Part shown: positions 19,361-27,300 of the stretch, piece by piece | Layout: every line of letters begins with the position of its first letter | Numbering within the stretch: the first letter of the stretch is position 1 | Program-made: the position numbers and the translations under genes | Assembly: GCF_000020225.1 (NCBI RefSeq) | Contig: NC_010655.1 | Location: 2,070,001-2,102,000 of the forward strand | Source of the DNA: Akkermansia muciniphila ATCC BAA-835 | GTDB taxonomy: Bacteria > Verrucomicrobiota > Verrucomicrobiia > Verrucomicrobiales > Akkermansiaceae | Direction of reading: 5' to 3' | Length of the DNA: 32,000 bases | The notes under the pieces: model-generated | What the model was told of the DNA's origin: nothing | Seen by the model: the letters and a program-made list of their open reading frames with translations, nothing else | Database searches by the model: none

Positions 19361-19687
19361 TCAGCTGCGGACTTTGGCTTTCTGCCTTACATGGCTGAGA
19401 GCCCTTTTTCCATGAACCATTTTTTCACGGCGGTCAGCTGCGGATTGACGGCGGGAGCGCACAGTATATTTTGCGAAAATTTGGCTAACCGTAAGGTTGC
19501 CCTGTTCGAAAAGTTTGAAAATATTATCTCTCACCCTCATGGCTTCCTGAAGCGCCGCGTCAGCGCCCCCGTATTGAGAATCGGAGAAATAACGGGTGAA
19601 TAAACGCTTGTTCTTACAGATCGCCAACCGATAGCCCTGAAAGGCCGTTGTTTCGTAAGTGTAACGGGTGATGTTTTTACAAGGCAT
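19361..19687 (-). CDS. small basic protein, weak AP2-like DNA-binding-domain resemblance
   Basis: The ORF is open to 19777. I prefer ATG 19687 (MPCKNITRYTYETTAFQGYRLAICKNKRLFTRYFSDSQYGGADAALQEAMRVRD..). The G-Y-R..I..NK....F......YGG..AAL.EA...R pattern is reminiscent of bacterial AP2 domains, and the tail is Lys/Arg-rich. The functional call is tentative. Confidence 0.45.
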   Translation of the reverse strand: MPCKNITRYTYETTAFQGYRLAICKNKRLFTRYFSDSQYGGADAALQEAMRVRDNIFKLFEQGNLTVSQIFAKYTVRSRRQSAADRREKMVHGKRALSHVRQKAKVRS

Positions 19688-19828
19688 ATGAACAGAAGTT
19701 ATGGGACCGGGTGATAGAAGCAGTGATAAACTTCTATTAGAATAAGTTCCATTTCCTGTAAAATCCAGAAAAAACACAATTTGTTAGATTGAGTGCAAAA
19801 AATGCACTACTAGATGCTTGTGGACAGG

Positions 19829-21193
19829 TTATTGTGGCGTGTCATCCCTGACATAAAAACAACCGTCGGAAACACGGATTTTCAATTTTTCCCCTGCATG
19901 CACCTGGTTTGTCTGCCGGATAAGCTGCTTATCCTGGTTTTCCACCAGGGCATATCCGCGGCGCAGGGTCTGTTCCGGGCTGTGTGCTTCAAGACGTGCT
20001 TGAATAAGAGTGAGTTGTGAAGATAAATCCGTCATGCGGGCGGCGGCAGCATGGGATAAACCGGCCTGAAGGGAAGCCAGAAGCTGTGTACGCTCCCGGT
20101 TCCTGTGGGCGGGATGGCGCATTTGCAGTTGATGTTCCAATTTGTTAATATGCAGCGCATTATGAAAAATTCTCGTGGTTGCGGCATTCTGCAGAGTTTC
20201 TTCCATATCGTCCAGGCGCTGAGAATAAGGAGAGAGCAGGGAATACGCATCCAACAGTTTCCCTCGCAGGTAAACATCCAGTTTCAGCTTGGAACGCAAG
20301 AGGGAATGCCGAGCGGATGCATGAAGAGCCTGTTCCATTCTGGACAGCTTGCGGAGCCATTCGGGGCCGTCCGGTGTGGCCAGTTCCGCGGCTGCAGTGG
20401 GAGTGGGAGCGCGCAGATCCGCTACAAAATCGGCAATGGTGAAGTCCGTATCATGACCCACTGCGGAAATCACGGGAACGGTACATTCGTAAATGGCGCG
20501 CGCCACCGTTTCCTCATTGAAATTCCACAAATCCTCAATGGAGCCGCCGCCGCGGCCTACAATGAGCACGTCCACGGGAGGGAGACCGTTAAAGGGGGCT
20601 CCGGACCAAGCGCGCACGGCTGCGGCTATTTCGTGCTCCGCTCCTGCCCCCTGCACGCGTATGGGCAGCAGATAAGCCTTCACCCACGGGGCGCGGCGTT
20701 CCAATACGTGCCGCATGTCCTGGATGACGGCGCCGGTGGGGGAGGTGACGATGCCGATGGCGCGGGGGAACGTGGGAATTTTCTTTTTGTGTTCCGCATC
20801 AAACAACCCCTCGCGCTGGAGTTTGGCTTTCAACTCCAAAAAGCGAGTCTGCAAATCTCCCTGTCCTGCAGCTTTTACCTGCCTGATGACCAGCTGGAGT
20901 TGCCCCCGGTCCGGGTATACGGTGGCGCTGCCCAGGACATGGACTTTCATCCCTTCCTGGAGCCGTATGGGGCATTTGGAAGCCGCTGCCTTGAAAAAGG
21001 CGCAGAAAATTTCCGCTCCCTGTTCCTTCAGGGTGAAATAAACGTGGCCGCTGGTGTGATGCTTGACGTTACTCAGTTCTCCCACCACCCACTGGGTGCC
21101 CATAGCGATGCTGACCGTGTCCCTCAGGCGGTAAACGAGCTGTTTGACTGTGATGGGTTTGGGCGCGGCGGGCGTTTCCTCCGGGAATTCCAT
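19829..21193 (-). CDS. xseA: exodeoxyribonuclease VII large subunit
   Basis: 454 aa with an N-terminal OB-fold (VSIAMGTQWVVGELSNVKHHTSGHVYFTLKE), the catalytic core (IGIVTSPTGAVIQD, VLIVGRGGGSIEDLWNFNEE, PVISAVGHDTDFTIADFVADLRAPTPTAAAE) and a coiled-coil tail. Confidence 0.94.
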   Translation of the reverse strand: MEFPEETPAAPKPITVKQLVYRLRDTVSIAMGTQWVVGELSNVKHHTSGHVYFTLKEQGAEIFCAFFKAAASKCPIRLQEGMKVHVLGSATVYPDRGQLQLVIRQVKAAGQGDLQTRFLELKAKLQREGLFDAEHKKKIPTFPRAIGIVTSPTGAVIQDMRHVLERRAPWVKAYLLPIRVQGAGAEHEIAAAVRAWSGAPFNGLPPVDVLIVGRGGGSIEDLWNFNEETVARAIYECTVPVISAVGHDTDFTIADFVADLRAPTPTAAAELATPDGPEWLRKLSRMEQALHASARHSLLRSKLKLDVYLRGKLLDAYSLLSPYSQRLDDMEETLQNAATTRIFHNALHINKLEHQLQMRHPAHRNRERTQLLASLQAGLSHAAAARMTDLSSQLTLIQARLEAHSPEQTLRRGYALVENQDKQLIRQTNQVHAGEKLKIRVSDGCFYVRDDTPQ

Positions 21194-21196
21194 AAA

Positions 21197-23359
21197 TTAC
21201 GGTTCAAAGGGGATGTTCAGCGCTTCATACGCCAGCATCCTGCATTGCTTGATATCCAGCTTGCCGGATGGGAGCACCGGGATGCGTTCTACGGGAATAA
21301 TCTCCTTGGGGCACCAGAGGGCCGGCAGACCCTGGTCAATCAGGCCGTGCCTGATGAGGGTTCGCGCCTGGTGCACGTAATCCGTCACCAGGGTGGTGAG
21401 CAGGGCTACGGCTTCCCCTTTTACGGGATCCGGAATGGTGACGACGGCTATCCGCCGTTCTTCGTCCGCCGGATCCAGATTCCAAATGTTCATAATGGCT
21501 GCTTCCAGGGCTTCATGAGGCACCATTTCCCCGCCTATTTTGGAAAAGCGGGAAATGCGTCCTTCAATCTTCAGGAAGCCGAATTCGTCTGCGGAACCTA
21601 TGTCTCCGGTTTTTAGCCAGCCGTCCACGAAAATATCGCGATCCGTCTCCGGACCGCCCAGATAGCCGGGAAAGATGTTCGGTCCTTTCAGCCAGATCAT
21701 GCCGGAAGTAGTGATGGGAACCACGCGTCCCGTGTGAGGGCTGGTGATGCGTATGGCGATTCCGGGAAGGAGGGCTCCTACGGAACTCTTTTTCATGCCG
21801 GGAATGAAGTCTCCGGCGGCATTGGATGGCGCCGGGTCAATGAAGTTGACGGAACAGACGGGAGAGGCTTCCGTCAGGCCGTAGCCTTCACATGGAATAA
21901 TGCCGAATTTTTCCCGGAAAGCGATGGAAAGGTCTTCCGGCAGTTTTTCCGCGCCAACGATCAGGTAGCGGACGGTTTTAAAGGTGTCCGGTTCGCAGCG
22001 TTTCATGAAACCGCGCAGGAAAGTGGGCGTGGTGACTACCAGACTGATTCCGTACTGCTTGATAAGGGCTCCCAGCCGTTTGGCCTCAAGAGGGGAGGGG
22101 TAGGTGACCATGTCGTACCCGCCGATCATCGGATACCATAGCCCGATGGTGATGCCGAAGCAGTGGAATACGGGCAGGCTTCCCAGAAACCTGTTTTGCG
22201 GTTCCAGCGTAATGCGGGAGGAACATTGAGAGATGTTGGAAAGAAGGTTATGGTGGGTCAGCGGCACGCCCTTGGGTTCCCCGGAAGAGCCGGAAGTGAA
22301 CATCAGAACGGCTTCGTCCGCGCCTGTAGGCGCGTCCAGCCCCAGTTTTTTAATCATGAACCCCGCTGTCAGGAATTTGATGGCGAGGCCCCAGCGTTTG
22401 GCGGAACCTTTAAGCAGGGGAATTTCCCGCTCCATGAGGATCAGATCCCGCTGGGGGGGCCACGGGAAATTCTGGAGCTTTCGCATGAAGGTATCCGCAG
22501 TAATAAACCAGTCCACGCCGGATTGCTTTACAGAGCTGGCAAAGGCTCCTTCCGAAGCGGAATAATTGAAATTCACCGGTGTTTTCCCGGCGAACAGGCA
22601 GCCCAGATTGGCTATGGCCGCTCCCTTGCCCGGCGGAAGAATGATGCCGACCCGGCGATTCGAGGTAATTTTTTTCAACCTCTTGGCAAAGGCTACGGAA
22701 ATGGCCAGCAGCTGGCCGTAAGTCAGCGTAGTGTCATCAATGCCGTCGATGACCCGGCAATCGGAATGAAGTTTGAGGCTGCGGAAAAGGAGGGCGGACA
22801 GGGAACCGTGGAGCTGAGGCAGCGTGGCGTATGCCTGGGCGGAACATTCCAGCCACGCGGAGGTCAGGCGTGCTGCCATCTCGGCCCCGGGGGCCAGTTT
22901 GGGGAGAATATGTATCTGGATGTCCGCCTGGGCGTCCGTATCGGCCTCCGCATCCAGCACGGAGTTCGTGTAAAAACCGGCATAGACCGGTACGGGGGAA
23001 ATATGCAGGGCTTCCAGGGCCTTGATGACCCGCGGAGGAATTTGGCTGATGGAACCTTTCACATGGGAGACGGGACCGGGCAGAAATACTACTCTTCTGC
23101 CTTCGTTAATGCGTTCCATGATGGCGGAACGCAGCGCGACAGGGTCGCTGCCTCCGGCCTGGAACAGGATGCCGTCCGCTTTAGTGGATTCCAGATGGGA
23201 GGCGGTGGCCGTATCCGGGGGGAGACCTTCTTCCACCAGGTAGGTCATGCGGTCCCTGCCCAGTTCTTTTTCGAACATCAGTAGGGTTTTATAAGATACT
23301 TTGTTGAAGATCAACAGATCACCTGAGTCGGATAAATTGGAGGAACCAAAAATGGCCAT
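21197..23359 (-). CDS. Aas-like acyl-ACP synthetase / AMP-dependent ligase with a degenerate N-terminal PlsC-like module
   Basis: The ORF track starts at a TTG (23398) and the first ATG is at 23359. Adenylation motifs are clear: FTSGSSGEPKGVPLTH, GYGLTEASPV, WLKTGDIG, GRISRFSKIGGEMV, LPSGKLD. The N-terminal ~200 aa resembles the acyltransferase half of E. coli Aas, but I cannot find HX4D (see findings). The stop is 3 nt from the xseA start, so an operon is likely. Confidence 0.85.
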   Translation of the reverse strand: MAIFGSSNLSDSGDLLIFNKVSYKTLLMFEKELGRDRMTYLVEEGLPPDTATASHLESTKADGILFQAGGSDPVALRSAIMERINEGRRVVFLPGPVSHVKGSISQIPPRVIKALEALHISPVPVYAGFYTNSVLDAEADTDAQADIQIHILPKLAPGAEMAARLTSAWLECSAQAYATLPQLHGSLSALLFRSLKLHSDCRVIDGIDDTTLTYGQLLAISVAFAKRLKKITSNRRVGIILPPGKGAAIANLGCLFAGKTPVNFNYSASEGAFASSVKQSGVDWFITADTFMRKLQNFPWPPQRDLILMEREIPLLKGSAKRWGLAIKFLTAGFMIKKLGLDAPTGADEAVLMFTSGSSGEPKGVPLTHHNLLSNISQCSSRITLEPQNRFLGSLPVFHCFGITIGLWYPMIGGYDMVTYPSPLEAKRLGALIKQYGISLVVTTPTFLRGFMKRCEPDTFKTVRYLIVGAEKLPEDLSIAFREKFGIIPCEGYGLTEASPVCSVNFIDPAPSNAAGDFIPGMKKSSVGALLPGIAIRITSPHTGRVVPITTSGMIWLKGPNIFPGYLGGPETDRDIFVDGWLKTGDIGSADEFGFLKIEGRISRFSKIGGEMVPHEALEAAIMNIWNLDPADEERRIAVVTIPDPVKGEAVALLTTLVTDYVHQARTLIRHGLIDQGLPALWCPKEIIPVERIPVLPSGKLDIKQCRMLAYEALNIPFEP

Positions 23360-23597
23360 GGGAAAAGGATAAAAAATTTGCTTGAAGCATTTTAGCAACT
23401 TGAAGAACCGGGAGCAAGGAGGAAAGGTGCATTCCCGGTTGCTTTTCCTTTATCCGGATCGGTCTCGGAAGCCTTTCCCGGCTCGGTACGTTTTTTATGG
23501 GAAGAGTATTGTTTTTCATGGGATTGTCTGGATTTGGCGTTATCTCCTGCGAAGGCGTTTCCGCAAACCAGCTGTTCCGATATTTACTTACTGATGA

Positions 23598-23846
23598 ATG
23601 GGCCTGGTGGGCAGCAACATCTTCGGACGAGAAGCGCTGGCGGAAATCCGCGTGAACGCGGCGCAGGACCTGGGAGACCGGAGGGGGGAAACGAACGTCT
23701 CTCTGCTGGGCAACCCCGGCTTTGCGCAAAGCGTGAGGGGAGCGAAAGTGGGAACGACGGCGCTGCAGCTGGGAGCCGGACTGAGCGTGCCGGTGGGAAC
23801 GAAGGGAACCATCTATGTGAACGGGAACGCGGACATCCGTGACGGG
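23598..23846 (+). repeat. 249-bp direct repeat, copy A (partner 29557..29805)
   Basis: Hand alignment at offset 5959 with no gaps and 6 mismatches, all at third codon positions. Confidence 0.95.
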
Positions 23847-23893
23847 GCTGCTCAGTAAACGGGACGTATCAGCTACTGCTACGATTTCTGGTC
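23598..23893 (+). pseudogene. 5'-deleted remnant of an autotransporter beta-barrel C-terminus (paralog of 24322..29850)
   Basis: 23598-23846 matches 29557-29805 at 243 of 249 nt. In-frame homology continues in degraded form to 23893, with a premature TAA at 23856-23858 and loss of the terminal ..YRHDF-stop (here ..YCYDFW..). No passenger domain or signal peptide lies upstream. Confidence 0.85.
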
Positions 23894-24057
23894 TTTGCTC
23901 CGAACTTGCTGCGGGCAAACAATACACCCTCTTTTTCTATGTATGAAAGGTGAAATTCACGAAAGGTGTTATTTTGCTGCATCGTTTGTTCAGGAATAGG
24001 GAAGGGATGAAAAATAATTTTTGCGTCCATTTTTATTTTCATGTGAAATGTTGCATT

Positions 24058-24074
24058 GCGGATTAGCAATCCGC
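24058..24074. promoter_or_regulatory. distal 17-bp dyad site D1 (GCGGATT-AGC-AATCCGC)
   Basis: Perfect 7-3-7 palindrome. Its reverse complement recurs at 24233-24249 (15/17 including the centre). Confidence 0.6.
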
Positions 24075-24226
24075 AGAAGCATTATCCAGAAAATAGACCA
24101 GAATCAGATATTTTTGATGTTTATAATGAAAGAGATATGGAATGTTTTTTTGAAAAAATTCTGAATTGGATATTAAGAAGATGATGATTTCCTGGTATGC
24201 AACATGCATTGGATCAATGTTAAATA

Positions 24227-24255
24227 TTGACGGCGGATTGCTAATTCGGTAATAG
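24227..24255 (+). promoter_or_regulatory. putative promoter of autotransporter 1 with proximal dyad site P1 as its spacer
   Basis: TTGACG (24227-24232), then the 17-nt GCGGATT-GCT-AATTCGG (24233-24249), then TAATAG (24250-24255), 66 nt upstream of ATG 24322. Confidence 0.5.
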
Positions 24256-24321
24256 CTATATATTGCAAACAGCCAATCAGGACGGCTGGATAGCTTTATT
24301 ATTTACCCATATTTGCAAGTT

Positions 24322-27300
24322 ATGAAGTTACGTCTACCGCTCAAGTTGTTGTCCGCCTTATTGTCGTTTTATGCCATATCCGGTTTTCATGTGTTCGCTG
24401 CTACGGAGTGGGACGGCAGCAGATATTCCGGTAATATCTATACGTGGGTAGGGAGTTCGTCCAATGATTTTCATAACGGCGGCATTGTCCTGACCAATCC
24501 GGATGGAACATACGGTCCTGTCAATACGAATTGGGGTTCCGTTTCAGAGGAGGGGAGTATTTGGAACCTTTTTGCCAATGAAACGGGACTGTCGGAATAT
24601 AACACATTGCGCTTTGTCGCATCAGGCACGGAAGTGGGCGATGTCACCGTATCGGCGACCAATAAAAATCCATCCTGCTCCTTTACGCCATTTACCATGG
24701 GGGGATTGATTGTGGAGGAAGGGGCATCAGGGTTCTCCCTTGTCCCGAACAATAATGCCCAGAGGACTCTTATACTGGGGAGAGCGGGTACGGAAGAGCC
24801 GGTATTATTTACGGTTCGTGAAGATTTTTCCCTGGGTTCTTCCTCCAATGCATGGGGCCCGGTTAATGTGAATGCAGACTGGAATGTCCTTGTGGCAAAT
24901 GGCAAGACGCTGAATGTTTACGGGGCACTGAATTCTTCCGGCCGGACCATTACGGTGGGCGGGGAAGGATTCAGCGGTACGTTGGTTTTAAACAATGCGG
25001 CCAATGCATCCATGACTGCTGAATGGGTCATCACCTCCGGCTCTACTGTAAGGTGCATGAATAATTCCGCTTTGGGAAGCGGCCTTGTTACGCTGGATGG
25101 GGGGACGCTTGATTTTAACTCGCAAACGATCGGATCAACCATTACGTTGAACATGAGCGGGACCGGGACATTGCAGAATGTGACAGTTGATGGAGCAATT
25201 TTATCTTATACGTCTTCATCGGGAAATGATGGGATTACTGCTTCAAATACCACGTGGACGTCCGGGAAGATAGATATTGGGCGTTTGTTGCAGGGATTTA
25301 GTGCCGAAGGTTCCAATACCGTTGATTTGGGAGCGGAGCTTGGCGAGGGCTTTAGCGTACTGGGTTTAGATACAGGGCAATACAGAATAGAAGGCAGCGT
25401 GCTGACGATAGAAGACGGGGCGATATCCAGCGTGACGTGGGTATCTGCGGGAGAAGGAGGGGAATTGGAAGAAACGGTCAAGAACGCCTTTACGCTGGCT
25501 CTTGGGGAGGGGAGTGCGGCCAACGTCAGCCTGGGATATCTGAACGGGACCCTGACGACCAGCGGGGACAAAGTCTATCAAATCACCAACACCGGCGGAA
25601 CCAAAATCAACCTGTCCGGAGTATACAACAGCGGGGCGACCCTGCCGTCCGGCAACCTCAACTACCAGGGGGACATCTGGATGGACATCAACGGAGGAGC
25701 ATTCGGCATCATCGCCGGAGGTGTCACCAATGAATGGGGCACCAACCTCCAGACCAGCACGCTGACTGGGGACACCCATGTGCAGCTCTCTGGAAACGCC
25801 ACGGCGGAACACGTCATCGGCGGGAACAACAAGGGAGCAAGCACTACCCTGACGGGAAACACCAACGTTACCGTCAAAGATAACGCCATCGTGGCGGGAG
25901 CCATCATCGGAGGAAGCACCTCCTCCCACAATGCCGTCACCACCATCACAGGAAACACGAGCGTCCTGGTCACCAACATCCAGCACAGCAACAGCGCGAC
26001 CGTCAACCTGGGAGACTTCGGCAACGTCACAGCCCAAAACTTCATCACGGGCGGAAGCGCGTGGACGGCCAACCAGACTTCAGGAACGACCATCCAGGGC
26101 AACACCTCGGTAACGATTAATGTAGGCGATGCGGAACTCTCCGGCACGGAAGGGCACAACAACTTCGTCAAAAACATCTATGGAGGCAGTTACGCAAACA
26201 CGAAATCCGAGGGCAACGGAGCCGTACAAAAAGTGGAAGGAAACTCAAGCGTCTCCATCAGCGGAAAAGAAGGAATCACCTTCACGGGAGACATCATGGG
26301 CGGCTCCTTCTGGAACTGGGGCAACGGCACGACGCTGACCACCAACGGAAACACCAGCGTCTCCATTGACGGAGGTTCCACCTTCACGGGCAAAATCGTG
26401 GGCGGCTCCTGGAGAGGAAGCACGTGGACGGCGGAAGATCCCACAGCCCTGCCCGTCAGCATTGGCGGCAACATCACCGTCACCCTTGGACAGGGCACCT
26501 ACCTGGGAGACATCTACGGGGCGGGCAACTGTGGCACGGTAGGAGGCGAAGTCCACGTCTCGCTGACGGGAGGAAGCATCTTTGGGGAGGAAGGAGAAGA
26601 AAGCGGCATCACCATCGGCGGAAGCGCCGGAGCGGCGGTAGAAGGAAACAGGACGCTGGAACTCAAGGGAACCTTTGGAACCGGGGACTTCCAAAACGTC
26701 ACCTTCACCCGGTTTGATGAAATCAATATCGCGCAGGAAGAAACCTCGGCCACCATCTACGCGCTGACCGACAGCCCGGCCCTGACCAAAACGGGAGCGG
26801 GAACCCTGACACTCGGGGCGGACGCGGCAGGAGCGGAAACCATCCTTGACGGAACTACGGAAGGAATCACCATCTCGGAAGGCAGCCTGAACCTCTCCGG
26901 CGCCGGCGGCAGCCATATGAAAGGAACGTGGAACATCGCCTCCGGCTCCCGTCTCACCGGAGTCAGCGGAACCGTAACCGTAGGAGAAGGAGGCCTGGAC
27001 GGACTGACCATCGCCCTGGGAACGGAAAACATCGGCCAGGACACGCAGGCGTCTGGCGCCGTCATCATCAACGGCAGCGGAACGGGAAGCGACCCGAACC
27101 TGTCCATAGAGGGGGAAGGGCTGACGCTGGACCTGAGCAACGACGCCGTCGTCAACCTTCTGCTGGACCACAAAACCGACGACTCCTCCAGCTACCTGAC
27201 CCTGACCAGCGGAACGCTGACCGTCGGCGACCTGGGCGACATCGCCTTCACTACCGACCTTCTGTCCAACTACGGCATCCGGGTCACCGGAACGGACGGA

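Noticed and set aside
6822-23284. Long antisense or off-frame ORFs overlapping recQ (6822..7730-), sucD (10667..11587+, 11154..11921+), sucC (12077..12886+), hisD (13802..14689-, 13265..13759-), the TPR genes (16795..17313-, 17972..19036-), xseA (20105..21616+) and the aas-like gene (22163..23284+)
   Set aside because: Each overlaps a gene with unmistakable family motifs on the other strand. Their translations are compositionally skewed (R/G/A/H/P-rich) and motif-free. They are typical shadow ORFs of a GC-rich third-position bias.
24099-24127. A perfect TATAAT at 24122-24127 inside the bracketed segment, as the real promoter of autotransporter 1
   Set aside because: There is no acceptable -35 at 16-18 nt upstream (CAGAAT) and no TGn extended -10. 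The region is simply AT-rich, and the hexamer has no counterpart in the homologous region upstream of autotransporter 2. It is kept in mind as a possible internal or alternative promoter.
24313-24321. The TTG start proposed by the ORF track for autotransporter 1 (MQVMKL..), and TTG 23398 for the aas-like gene
   Set aside because: ATG 24322 gives an N-terminus (MKLRLPL..) collinear with the paralog's MKLHLPL.. signal peptide. For the aas-like gene the first ATG (23359) is preferred, but that start remains uncertain.
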